Part shown: positions 17,604-26,861 of the stretch, piece by piece | Layout: each line of letters starts with the position of its first letter | Position numbering within the stretch: the first letter of the stretch is position 1 | DNA from: Frankiales bacterium | Lineage (GTDB): Bacteria > Actinomycetota > Actinomycetes > Mycobacteriales > SCTD01 | DNA: 48,223 nt | Direction of reading: 5' to 3' | Assembly: GCA_025352005.1 (NCBI GenBank) | Contig: JANXUE010000312.1 | Location: forward strand, 1-48,223 | Notes under the pieces: generated by a model | Databases searched by the model: none | What the model was told of the DNA's origin: nothing | The model's input: only the letters and a program-made list of their open reading frames with translations | Program-made: the position numbers and the translations under genes

Positions 17604-20600
17604 GTGACCTGCGAGCATCCAGGCATCGAGGACACCTGCCTTGCGTGCGCCACACAGTTCCCCCCGGGCGCGCGGTTCTGCGGCCAGTGCGGGGCTCCCC
17701 TGCCTGCCCCCTGCCCGGCCTGCAGCGCGCTCGTCGAACCAACGATGGCGTTCTGCACGTCCTGCGGTCATGCGCTGACCGTCAGCACCCCCGCCGCGAA
17801 GGCCCCCGAACTACGCGGTCCGGAGGAGGAGCGGCGGCTGGTCAGCGTCCTGGCCGTCGACCTCGTGGGGTTCTCAGCCAGCGCCCAGCACCTCGAGCCC
17901 GAGGACCTGCAGGCAGTCCAGCAGGAGTTCTTCGCCGTCGTCACGCGCGCGGTGCAACATGCGGGCGGCACCATCGCGAAGCGGATCGGGGACGCTGTCG
18001 TGGCCGTCTTCGGTGCCCCCACGGCCCACGAGAACGACCCCTACCGCGCGGTCCGGGCCGGGCTCGACGTCCAGGACGCGCTCCAGGGCCTGACGCTGCC
18101 TGACGGCCGGCCGCTCACGGCCCGCGGCGGCGTCTCGACCGGTGAGGCGCTGGTCGCCTTCGAGCCCGGCCGGGAGGAGCCGAGGGTCGCCGGGGCGGTC
18201 CTCAGCCGAGCCATGGGCATGCAGGCCTGCGCCCCCCAGGGCAGGGTGCTGGTGGGTCTGCAGACGCACCGCATCACCTCTTCCAGCATTGACTACGCGC
18301 ACCACGGGCTGGTCGCTCTAAGCGGGCGCGCATCCCCTTCCGACTCGTGGGTGGCCGTCTGCATCAAGGTCCGCTCCGACCAGGTCGGTGACGCGCTGCC
18401 GCTGGTGGGCCGGGAGCCGGAGCTGGGGATGCTCGTCAGCGGCCTGCGCCGGGCGATGCAGGAGCGCCGCGGCCAGCTTGTCGCGCTCGTGGGCGAGCCC
18501 GGCCTCGGCAAGAGCCGCCTCACCCGGGCGCTGGCGGACCACGCCGACTCCCCCGCGACCCCGACCCTGGTCCGCTGGCGGGTTGGTGCCTGCCTGCCCT
18601 ACGGCGAGGGCGTGAGCTACTGGGCGCTGGGTCAGGTCGTGAAGGCTCAGGCGCAGATCCTCGAGTCCGACAGCGGGGCGCTCGCGCGGCACAAGCTGGA
18701 AACCTCCGTGGAGACCCTGCTCCGTGCCGAGTCCGGCGAGGTGATCAGCCAGGTCACCCAGCGCCTGGCTGCCCTGGTAGGTCTACCAGGAAGCTCCTCG
18801 GCTGACGCCGACGACATCGACGCCAGCCACGCCGCGTGGCGCAGGTACCTGATGGCGCTGGCAGAGGACGCGCCGACAGTGCTCGTGCTGGAGGATCTGC
18901 ATTGGGCCGATGACGGCTTCCTGGACTTTCTGCGCTCCCTGGTGCAGGCCGCCTCCTCGGTGCCGCTGCTGGTACTCGTGACGGCCCGGCCCGAGTTGTT
19001 TGAGCGTCGCCCCACGTGGGTGTCGGGCCTGGCTGACGCAATGACCCTGACCCTCACCCCGCTGAGCGAGTCAGAGATCACGACGGTGCTGGCCCGGCTG
19101 CTCGGTGGGACGGTCCTGCCCGCAGGCCTCCAGCGCCGCCTGCTCGACCTTGTCAACGGCAACCCGCTGTACGCCGAGGAGTACGTCCGGATGCTCACCG
19201 ACAGCGGGGTGCTCGCCGCCGAGGCGAAAGACACCCTGGCCGACCTGCCCCTTCCCGACAGCGTCCAGGGCGTCGTCGACAGCCGCCTGGACCTGCTCAG
19301 CGCCGCGGAGCGCAGCGTCGTGTCAGCGGCCGCCGTCGTCGGTGAGGTCTTTTGGGACGGTGCGGTCGCGGCCGTCGCCAACGCTGACCGCGACCAGGTC
19401 CTGAGCTGCCTCGAAGCCCTTTCCCAGCGGGAGGTTGTCCGCAGCTCGCCACGGTCGACGGTGGCCGGTGAGCAAGAGTTCGCGTTCCGGCACGTGCTGG
19501 TCCGCGACGCGGCGTACGCCCGGATCCCCCGCTCCATCCGGGTGGTCCAGCACCGCCGGTGCGCCGACTGGCTCGACACCTTCCAGCCTGAGCGCGGCGA
19601 CGACGTCGCCGAGCTGCGCGCCCACCACCGCATCACGGCCTACGAGCTGGCGGCCGGCCTGGGCGCCGACCTCGAGCCTTACGCCCAGGCAGCCCGCCAG
19701 GCGCTGCAGATCGCCGCGGAGCGCGCCCTACGGCTGCACGCCGTGACGACCGCACACGGCTACGCCAGCCGCGCCGTGAGCCTCTGGCACGGCCATGAGG
19801 ACGAGCCGGCGGCGTTGAAGGCGTCCCTGCTCGCGGCCGAGCTGGCGTTCCTCGACGACCCGCACATGTTCTACGCCGACGGTGGTCCGGCCCGGGTCCA
19901 GCAGACCGCGCAGCAGCTTCTGCTGCTCGGCGACCGGCGCGGGGCCGCGCGGGGGCAGGTCCTTCTGGGGCAGGCCGAGTGGTACCGCGGGGGCGGCGCC
20001 GAGCTCGCCGCCCAGCACCTCGGACGGGCCGTCGACCTGCTCGCCGAAGAGCCGGCCAGCGAGCAGTCCGCCAGCGCCCTGGCCGAGCTCGGCCGCCTGC
20101 AGATGCTGAGCCAGCATTTTGCCCACGCTGTTGCCCTCAGCGACCGGGCGATGGCCATCGCCCGACCCCTCGGGCTGCTGGAGGTCGAGGCCAACGCGCT
20201 GATCACCGCCGGCACCTCCCGTTACAGCCTCGGCGACCCCCTCGGGATCGTGCAGCAGGAGGAGTCGGTGCAGCTGTGCCGCCAGTACAACCTGCGGGCG
20301 CTTCAGCGCGCAGCCAACAACCTCGCGGCCACGATGCAGGAGGAAGGCCGGCTGCGCCGCTCCTATGAGCTCATCGAGGAGAGCGCCCGCGCAACCCGCG
20401 GCTGGGGGTTGTCGTTGACGACCCGAGCCGACGACTCCGAAGTGGCCCTCATGGCCTGGTACGACGGGCAGTGGGAGCGGCTGCTCAAGCACACCGACAC
20501 GTTCCTGGCGACGGCGGGAGCCGAAGCCCAGCAGTGGGAGGCGCACCTGCTGGCGTTGGCGGCGATCGTTCGGGCCCTGCGGGCCGAGTCGGTTCCACCG

Positions 20601-21140
20601 GAGCTCGACGACGTCGTGGACCAGGCCCGCCGCTCCGGTTTCCCCTCTTTGGTCCGCAGCGCACTGGCCCACCTGGGCTGCTGCCGCTACCTCGAGGGCC
20701 GGGTCGACGAGGCGACGCGGCTGTTCGATGAGTTGATGGAGCAATCGGCCACGACCATGCGTGGCTCGGTCCGGGAGTGGGTCTACAGCGCCGTCGTGCT
20801 CGGGGAGTTCCTCGGGGGCGGGCGGGTCCAGCTGATGGAGTCACGGCTCGCCGCCCTGGAGCCCAAGACGCCGTGGGTCGTCGGCGCGCACCGCGGGGCG
20901 CAGTCGGCTGTGGCCACGGACGCGGGCAAGTACCTCGACGCGGTGGAGTTCGCCGGTGAGTCCGTCGCGGTCTACCAGCGCATCGGCGACGTCTCGACCG
21001 AGATGTTCGCGCGGGCCCGGCTGTCCCGTACCGCCTTCCTGGCGGGCGATCTGGTCACGTCTGCGGAGCACGCCGGGGTCGTCCGCGAGTTCTGCGAGCG
21101 CAATGGAGCGGTGGTCTTCGCCAGCTACCTGCCGACGTGA
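17604..21140 (+). CDS. Multidomain signalling protein: double zinc ribbon + class III nucleotidyl cyclase-like domain + AAA_16/STAND P-loop ATPase + TPR-like helical repeats (no HTH)
   Basis: 1178 aa. N-terminus has CLAC..CGQCG..CPAC..CTSCG. The cyclase core has VLAVDLVGFS and KRIGDAVVAVFGAP. The ATPase region has LVGREPEL...LVGEPGLGKSRL (Walker A) and VLVLEDLHWAD (Walker B). The long C-terminus is alpha-helical and Leu/Ala-rich. Confidence 0.85.
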   Translation: MTCEHPGIEDTCLACATQFPPGARFCGQCGAPLPAPCPACSALVEPTMAFCTSCGHALTVSTPAAKAPELRGPEEERRLVSVLAVDLVGFSASAQHLEPEDLQAVQQEFFAVVTRAVQHAGGTIAKRIGDAVVAVFGAPTAHENDPYRAVRAGLDVQDALQGLTLPDGRPLTARGGVSTGEALVAFEPGREEPRVAGAVLSRAMGMQACAPQGRVLVGLQTHRITSSSIDYAHHGLVALSGRASPSDSWVAVCIKVRSDQVGDALPLVGREPELGMLVSGLRRAMQERRGQLVALVGEPGLGKSRLTRALADHADSPATPTLVRWRVGACLPYGEGVSYWALGQVVKAQAQILESDSGALARHKLETSVETLLRAESGEVISQVTQRLAALVGLPGSSSADADDIDASHAAWRRYLMALAEDAPTVLVLEDLHWADDGFLDFLRSLVQAASSVPLLVLVTARPELFERRPTWVSGLADAMTLTLTPLSESEITTVLARLLGGTVLPAGLQRRLLDLVNGNPLYAEEYVRMLTDSGVLAAEAKDTLADLPLPDSVQGVVDSRLDLLSAAERSVVSAAAVVGEVFWDGAVAAVANADRDQVLSCLEALSQREVVRSSPRSTVAGEQEFAFRHVLVRDAAYARIPRSIRVVQHRRCADWLDTFQPERGDDVAELRAHHRITAYELAAGLGADLEPYAQAARQALQIAAERALRLHAVTTAHGYASRAVSLWHGHEDEPAALKASLLAAELAFLDDPHMFYADGGPARVQQTAQQLLLLGDRRGAARGQVLLGQAEWYRGGGAELAAQHLGRAVDLLAEEPASEQSASALAELGRLQMLSQHFAHAVALSDRAMAIARPLGLLEVEANALITAGTSRYSLGDPLGIVQQEESVQLCRQYNLRALQRAANNLAATMQEEGRLRRSYELIEESARATRGWGLSLTTRADDSEVALMAWYDGQWERLLKHTDTFLATAGAEAQQWEAHLLALAAIVRALRAESVPPELDDVVDQARRSGFPSLVRSALAHLGCCRYLEGRVDEATRLFDELMEQSATTMRGSVREWVYSAVVLGEFLGGGRVQLMESRLAALEPKTPWVVGAHRGAQSAVATDAGKYLDAVEFAGESVAVYQRIGDVSTEMFARARLSRTAFLAGDLVTSAEHAGVVREFCERNGAVVFASYLPT

Positions 21141-21150
21141 TCGCCTGCTG

Positions 21151-21798
21151 TCAGCCTTCGAGGCCCTGCTCCAGGGCGTAGCGCACCAGCTGCGAGCGAT
21201 TGTGCAGCTGAAGTTTCGTGAGGGTGTTCTGGACGTGGTTCTCCACGGTCCGGTGGCTCACGACCAGCCGGTCCGCGACCTGCTTGGCGGTGAGCCCTTT
21301 CGCGACCAGCCTCAGCACCTCGGTCTCTCTGTTGGTGAGCGTCGGCGCGCCCTCCTGCGTCGCGGTCCGGCGGTACTCCCCCAGCACCAGCCCAGCCAGG
21401 CCCGGGGTGAAGACCGCCTCTCCCACCGCCGTACGCCGGACCGCGTCGACGAGGTCCTGAGCACTGGCGCTCTTGAGCAGGTAGCCGGTCGCCCCTGACT
21501 TGACCGCTTCGAGCACGTCGACCTGCTCCCCACTGGCGGACAGGACCAAGACCTTCACCCCGAGCGGTACGACGGCAGCTGTCACCCCCACCCCCGACAG
21601 TCCGGGCATCTGCAGGTCGCACACCAGCACATCCGGCCGGACCGCCGTGCACACCCGGACCGCCTTCTGTCCGTCGCCCGCCGTGCCGACGACCTCGAGG
21701 CCTGCAGCAGTGAGGTCCCGCTCCACGGCGTCCCGCCAGATCGGGTGGTCATCAGCCACGACCAGCCTCAGCCCCCGGGGCTGCTCACCTGCGGACAC
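21151..21798 (-). CDS. NarL/LuxR-family response regulator
   Basis: REC domain (LRLVVADDHP, CDLQMPG) plus a LuxR HTH (LTNRETEVLRLVAKGLTAKQVADRLVVSHRTVENHV). Confidence 0.9.
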   Translation of the reverse strand: MSAGEQPRGLRLVVADDHPIWRDAVERDLTAAGLEVVGTAGDGQKAVRVCTAVRPDVLVCDLQMPGLSGVGVTAAVVPLGVKVLVLSASGEQVDVLEAVKSGATGYLLKSASAQDLVDAVRRTAVGEAVFTPGLAGLVLGEYRRTATQEGAPTLTNRETEVLRLVAKGLTAKQVADRLVVSHRTVENHVQNTLTKLQLHNRSQLVRYALEQGLEG

Positions 21799-22879
21799 GG
21801 ATCTCGACCTCCGTTCCCTGCCCGGGCGTGCTGACCCAAGTCACCGTGCCACCGAGGTCCTCGACGCGTCCGCGGATCGAGGACGCCACGCCGAGCCGGC
21901 CCCCGCGGGCCGCCTCCTCCAGTCGCCCAGCGGGGATTCCGGGACCGTCGTCGCGAACGCTGACGGTCACCTGATCGGGCTCGTCCTCCACAAGCAGCCA
22001 GGCCGTCGTCCCGCCGTGCAGGAGGGCATTGTCGACGGCCGCAGCCACCGCGGCTGCAAGCTCCTGCGCGACCTTGGCCGGCAAGGTCACCGGCTCGGCT
22101 GGGGCAGCGACCTCCACCCCCGGGCGGGCCGGCAGCAGCCCCCGCAGATCCGACTCCCCCGTGGGCAGGACGGCTGCCGCACCGACCAGCCGACGCAGCG
22201 CCTGCTCCTGACCCGTGGCGAGCTGCACCAGCTCCGGGTCGGGCGAGCGCCGGGCCACCAGGGCAAGGGTCTGCAGGACGCCGTCGTGGACCTCACGGGC
22301 GAGCCGATCGCGCTCAGTTGTCTCTGCCTGCAGCCGCACCGCCTCGGCGTAGGCGCTCTCGGCGCGTTGGCTGAGCGTCACGAGATAGCCGACGACGGTC
22401 CCCAGCAGGACCAGCAGGACAGCGCTGTTGATGGTCGCCTGCGAGGCCCCCTGGCGTTCCACGACCGCCCCGGCAGCGACGACCACGCCGGCCACGCCGC
22501 CCGCGACCCAGCCCGAGCGGACCGCCCAGGCTGCTACCGGGGCTGCTGCCCAGCAGACCGTGATGGTGGGGTGGCCGGTGTCGATCTGGTGCCGAGTCAA
22601 GATCAGTAGGCTGGACTGCTGGGCGGCCAGCGTGACGAGCACGTCCACGGTGAGCAGTAGCTTCGACGGCGGGGTCTGCAGGACCATGACGACGGTCCAG
22701 GCCGCCATCGCCGACAGCACCAGCAGGGCGAAGTCCCGGTCGCGGTAGTTGCGGAAGGACGCGAGCACGGCGACCACCGCGTAGAGCAGGGCAGCGCAGC
22801 GGAACAGTGACACGGCGCGCCACAGCGCGGCGTCGAGCCTGAGGTCAGCTCGCGCGGCGCTGCGGATGGGGCGCGTCAC
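21785..22879 (-). CDS. Sensor histidine kinase (HisKA_3 type, MacS-like multi-TM N-terminus)
   Basis: The N-terminal ~170 aa are hydrophobic helices. H-box is LAREVHDGVLQTL. The ATPase domain has DNALLHG and DDGPGIP. It overlaps the response-regulator start by 14 nt. Confidence 0.87.
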   Translation of the reverse strand: MTRPIRSAARADLRLDAALWRAVSLFRCAALLYAVVAVLASFRNYRDRDFALLVLSAMAAWTVVMVLQTPPSKLLLTVDVLVTLAAQQSSLLILTRHQIDTGHPTITVCWAAAPVAAWAVRSGWVAGGVAGVVVAAGAVVERQGASQATINSAVLLVLLGTVVGYLVTLSQRAESAYAEAVRLQAETTERDRLAREVHDGVLQTLALVARRSPDPELVQLATGQEQALRRLVGAAAVLPTGESDLRGLLPARPGVEVAAPAEPVTLPAKVAQELAAAVAAAVDNALLHGGTTAWLLVEDEPDQVTVSVRDDGPGIPAGRLEEAARGGRLGVASSIRGRVEDLGGTVTWVSTPGQGTEVEIRVRR

Positions 22880-23585
22880 TGACCATGGCCTCGGAGGCCG
22901 CGGTACGGGCCTGCTCGATATCGGCCTTCGCCTTCGTGGCGTAGGTGTCGACGTACTCCTGCCCGGACAACAGCATCAGCTCGTACATGATCTCGTCGGT
23001 GATGGAGCGGAGCACGAAGCGGTCGCCCTCCATGCCGGCGTACCGGCTGAAGTCCAGCGGGGCGCCGACGCGGATGCCGACCCGACCCAGGTTCGGGATC
23101 TTCTTGCCGGTGGGCTGCACGACGTCGGTGTTGACCATGGCGACGGGGATCACGGGAACGCCGGCCTCGAGGGCCATCCGGGCAACGCCGGTCTTGCCGC
23201 GGTAGAGGCGCCCGTCAGGACTGCGGGTGCCCTCCGGGTAGAGCCCGAGCAGGTTGCCGTTGGCCAGGATCCGCTTCGCCGTGCCGAGGGCGGCCTCCGA
23301 TGCGGCCCCGCCTGATCGGTCGATCGGCACCTGGCCGACGCCGGCGAAGAAGGCCTTGCTGAGCTTTCCTTTGATGCCTTTGCCGGTGAAGTAGTCGGCC
23401 TTGGCCAGGAACGTGACCCGGCGCGGCACCTTCAACGGCAAGAAGATCGAGTCACTGAACGACAGGTGGTTGCTGGCCAGGATCGCCCCGCCCTCGACAG
23501 GGATGTGCTCCGCGCCCTCGACCCATGGGCGGAACAGGGTCCTGAGGATGGGCGTCAAGACCGCCTTGACGACCCAATACAACAC
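22845..23585 (-). CDS. plsC: 1-acyl-sn-glycerol-3-phosphate acyltransferase
   Basis: Likely GTG start at 23585 (VLYWVVKAVL...), within the longer track ORF. Has the NHLSFSDS (HxxxxD) and YPEGTRS motifs. Confidence 0.87.
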   Translation of the reverse strand: MLYWVVKAVLTPILRTLFRPWVEGAEHIPVEGGAILASNHLSFSDSIFLPLKVPRRVTFLAKADYFTGKGIKGKLSKAFFAGVGQVPIDRSGGAASEAALGTAKRILANGNLLGLYPEGTRSPDGRLYRGKTGVARMALEAGVPVIPVAMVNTDVVQPTGKKIPNLGRVGIRVGAPLDFSRYAGMEGDRFVLRSITDEIMYELMLLSGQEYVDTYATKAKADIEQARTAASEAMVSDAPHPQRRAS

Positions 23586-23730
23586 GCAGCACCCCTGATT
23601 TCCTTGCGTCGAGTGCCCTGACCCTAAGGTGCGAGACCTTCGGCGGCAACGACCCCTCCCGCAGTGCGAGCGCGCGTGCGACCATTCACACATCTGCCTC
23701 CCCCACTCTCGCCACCTGTGAAGGACTCTC

Positions 23731-24492
23731 GTGCCTGCTTTGCCCGTCCTGTCCGGCGCTGAGCCGATCGACTCACCCGGCGGCCGCGTCGGGGTCCTGC
23801 TCTGCCACGGCTTCACCGGTACGACGCAGAGCATGCGCCCGTGGGCCGAGCACCTGGCCACGGCAGGGCTGACCGTCGTCGCCCCCCGCCTGCCCGGCCA
23901 TGGCACGACCGTCGCCGACATGAACACCACCCGCTTCAGCGACTGGTACGCCACCGTCGAGAAGGCCTTCGGCGACCTGCGCAGTCGCTGCGACACGGTC
24001 TTCGCCATGGGCCTGTCGATGGGCGGCACCCTCGCACTACGCCTGGCCGAGGAGCGGGCGTCGCAGGTCGCCGGGATCGTTGTGGTCAACGCCTCGCTCG
24101 CCACCGAGCGCAAGGACGCCAAGCTGCTCCCGCTGCTGTCGCGGGTGGTCCCGTCCTTCCCGGGCATCGCCAACGACATCAAGAAGCCCGGCGTGACCGA
24201 GCTTGCCTACGCCAAGATCCCGCTCAAGGCGGCGTACTCCCTGCAGCAGGCCTGGCCGGTCGTGCGGCGCGACCTCGGCCGCATCACCTGCCCCGTCCTG
24301 GTCTACCGGTCCGCCGAGGACCACGTCGTCGAGCCCGTCTCCGGTCGTGCCCTGCTCGAGGGGTGCGTCCACGCCGAGGAGCGGGTGCTGCACGAGAGCT
24401 ACCACGTGGCGACCCTCGACAACGACGCCCCCGCCATCTTCGACGGGTCCCTCGCCTTCGTCCGCAGCCATGCACCTGCGCCCACCGGCTGA
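23731..24492 (+). CDS. Alpha/beta hydrolase (carboxylesterase / monoacylglycerol-lipase-like)
   Basis: 253 aa. LLCHGFTGT, nucleophile elbow GLSMGG, and a C-terminal H in SYHVATLD. Confidence 0.85.
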   Translation: MPALPVLSGAEPIDSPGGRVGVLLCHGFTGTTQSMRPWAEHLATAGLTVVAPRLPGHGTTVADMNTTRFSDWYATVEKAFGDLRSRCDTVFAMGLSMGGTLALRLAEERASQVAGIVVVNASLATERKDAKLLPLLSRVVPSFPGIANDIKKPGVTELAYAKIPLKAAYSLQQAWPVVRRDLGRITCPVLVYRSAEDHVVEPVSGRALLEGCVHAEERVLHESYHVATLDNDAPAIFDGSLAFVRSHAPAPTG

Positions 24493-24498
24493 CCGTCG

Positions 24499-25467
24499 AT
24501 GACCGCTGCCCTGCCCCCGGACGGCGCTGGCCGTCGTGACAACGGACTGCCCTCCGCCGAGTGGGGAGCCCTGGTCGACCTCGACCCACGACTGTCCGAG
24601 GCGTTGCTCGACAGCCTCGCCGCCGAGGGCGTGGCTGCCTTCGTGGAGCCGGCCCGCGACACCGACGCCTACACCCGGGCCACGGTCCTGCCCAAGCGGC
24701 CGCTGGACCGGCTCTGGGTCGACCCCTCCCGTGCCGACCTCGCGCGCGGGGTCGTCACCAGTGAGGTCGCGGACCTGACGGCCCTGCTCGCCGAGCAGGA
24801 GCCGGGGGCGACCGCCTACGGCCTGGTACGCCCGGTCCCCCGCAACTGCGCGACCCGCGTTCTTCCTCCGCCGGAGCTGCCGGGGCCTCCCGAGCCGGTG
24901 GGCGCCCTGCCCGCGCTCCCCATCTCGCAAGCCTCCGAACCTGCGGGCCGAGCCGACGCCGCCCCCGCGCCGCTGTCCGACGATGAGCTGTTCCGGCAGA
25001 TCGTCGAGGGTTTCACCCTCGACTCCGACGACCGGGTGCCCCGCTGGCCGGTGGCCGAGGACCTCGACCCGCCCTCGGGGCCCACGGGCTTGACCGACGG
25101 CCCCTCGCACCGGCCCTACACCGACGGCGCGCCCCGCCGTCGCCGCAGCGACCCCCCCGCTGACACCCCGGGCGCCGTGGAGCCGCTGCCGTCCTGGGTG
25201 GAGCCGGAGGCCCTCGCCGACGAGGGCCACTTCGAGCCGCCGCCCGCTCCCAAGGTTCCCCGCCTGCGGCCGCGGACGGGCCTCGCCCTGCTGACATTGG
25301 TGCTCGGGCTGCTGGTGCTGTTCGCCCCGTTCCAGATCGGTCTCGACGACTCCGGAATCAGCACGGTGCTCGGCCTGCTGCTCACCGGAGGGGGCGCCGG
25401 TCTGCTCGTCGCCTGGATGCGCGATGCTCCTCGCGACAGTGGGCCAGAGGACGGAGCGGTCGTCTAG
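24499..25467 (+). CDS. Hypothetical proline-rich protein with two C-terminal transmembrane helices
   Basis: ATG lies 6 nt after the hydrolase stop, and third-codon positions are GC-rich. The C-terminus has GLALLTLVLGLLVLFAPF and VLGLLLTGGGAGLLVAW. No family recognised. Confidence 0.65.
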   Translation: MTAALPPDGAGRRDNGLPSAEWGALVDLDPRLSEALLDSLAAEGVAAFVEPARDTDAYTRATVLPKRPLDRLWVDPSRADLARGVVTSEVADLTALLAEQEPGATAYGLVRPVPRNCATRVLPPPELPGPPEPVGALPALPISQASEPAGRADAAPAPLSDDELFRQIVEGFTLDSDDRVPRWPVAEDLDPPSGPTGLTDGPSHRPYTDGAPRRRRSDPPADTPGAVEPLPSWVEPEALADEGHFEPPPAPKVPRLRPRTGLALLTLVLGLLVLFAPFQIGLDDSGISTVLGLLLTGGGAGLLVAWMRDAPRDSGPEDGAVV

Positions 25468-25479
25468 CCCCCCTCAAGG

Positions 25480-26724
25480 ATGGGAGCAGCCGTGTCGGTC
25501 AGCGAAACAGTCGAGGTCAGCGGGCACCTCATGGACACCGGGCTGCTCGCTCGCGTCCTTGACGATGTGCTCGGGTACGGCGGCGACTACCGCATCGACC
25601 GGCTCGACGTCGGGCGTGCCCACGACGACGAGTCCCAGGCGAAGATCACCATCTCCGCCGAGGACGACGAGGCCCTCCAGCGCCTGCTGATGCGCCTGCA
25701 GGCCCATGGCGTCAACCAGGTCGATCCGGGCGAGGCCGTGACCCGCGCTTGCGAGCGCGACGGGGTCTTTCCCGACGACTTCTACTCCACCACCAACCTC
25801 GAGACCGTCGTGCGTCTGGGCAACCAATGGGTACCTGTCGAGCATCCCGAGATGGACTGCGGGCTGGTCGTGTTCGGAAGTCGCGTCCGTACCGTGCCCG
25901 TGTCGGACATCCTTGCTGGCGAGGCCGTCGTCTGCGGCGCCTCCGGCGTCAAGGTCGTGCTTCCCGCTCGTGAGCACAGCACCTCGGCGGACTCTTTTGA
26001 GTTCATGTCCTCCACCGTATCCTCGGAGAAGCCACAGGCCCTGCTGGTGCGCCAGATCGCCGCGCGCATGCGGGAGGTCCAAGGCGACGGCGGTCGCATC
26101 TTGTGGGTCGGCGGCCCGGGCATCGTGCACACCGGCGCGGCCCCCGCCTTCACCGCCCTGGTCGCGGCCGGGTACGTCAACGTGCTGTTCGCGGGCAATG
26201 CCCTCGCCACGCACGACATCGAGTCGGCGCTGTACGGCACCTCGCTCGGCGTCGACCTGGCCCACGGCCGCGGCGTCGAGCACGGTCATGAGCACCACAT
26301 CCGGGCCATCAACACGATCCGCCGCTGCGGCTCGATCGCCGAGGCCATCGCGCAGGGCGTCCTGACCGGCGGCATCATGCACGGCCTCGTGACCGGTGGC
26401 CACGACTTCGTCCTCGTCGGCTCCGTCCGTGACGACGGTCCCCTCCCGGACGTCTACACCGACGTCATCGAGGGCCAGCGCGCGATGCGCGCCCAGTTGC
26501 ACGGCGTCGGCTTCGCGATCATGGTCGCCACCACGCTGCACTCGATCGCCACCGGCAACATCCTGCCCGCCTCGATCCCGCTGGTGTGTGTAGACATCAA
26601 CCCGGCCACCGTCACCAAGCTCGCCGACAGGGGCTCCTCGCAGGCCATCGGGATCGTTACCGACATCGGCCTGTTCCTCGAACAACTGGCCATGGAGCTG
26701 CTTCCCGGCTTCACCAGCGCCTGA
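25480..26724 (+). CDS. TIGR00300 / LOR-SDH conserved-domain protein (possible ornithine cyclodeaminase-type enzyme)
   Basis: 414 aa. N-terminus VEVSGHLMDTGLLARVLDDV and the central GGPGIVHTGAAPAFTALVAAGYVNVLFAGNALATHD pattern match this family as I recall it. An alternative start is GTG 25492. Confidence 0.75.
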   Translation: MGAAVSVSETVEVSGHLMDTGLLARVLDDVLGYGGDYRIDRLDVGRAHDDESQAKITISAEDDEALQRLLMRLQAHGVNQVDPGEAVTRACERDGVFPDDFYSTTNLETVVRLGNQWVPVEHPEMDCGLVVFGSRVRTVPVSDILAGEAVVCGASGVKVVLPAREHSTSADSFEFMSSTVSSEKPQALLVRQIAARMREVQGDGGRILWVGGPGIVHTGAAPAFTALVAAGYVNVLFAGNALATHDIESALYGTSLGVDLAHGRGVEHGHEHHIRAINTIRRCGSIAEAIAQGVLTGGIMHGLVTGGHDFVLVGSVRDDGPLPDVYTDVIEGQRAMRAQLHGVGFAIMVATTLHSIATGNILPASIPLVCVDINPATVTKLADRGSSQAIGIVTDIGLFLEQLAMELLPGFTSA

Positions 26725-26861
26725 GTACGGCATCAAGCCTCCGGTAGGGGTCGACCCGGTCGGGCCTGGCCGCTGACAGTGCGGCGTCCGGGGTGTATAC
26801 CGATGCGTAGGTAGCGCAATTGGGGTTTCGCAGCGCCGCCAGCCCACGGACCGGGGGGTCC

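Noticed and set aside
17604-21140. The cyclase-STAND-TPR protein as an Avs-like antiviral STAND defence gene.
   Set aside because: It sits in an apparent operon with glpK in a core-genome context. There is no nearby mobile element, integrase or other defence gene. The domain order matches the abundant actinobacterial cyclase/ATPase regulators. It is kept only as a signalling-protein finding.
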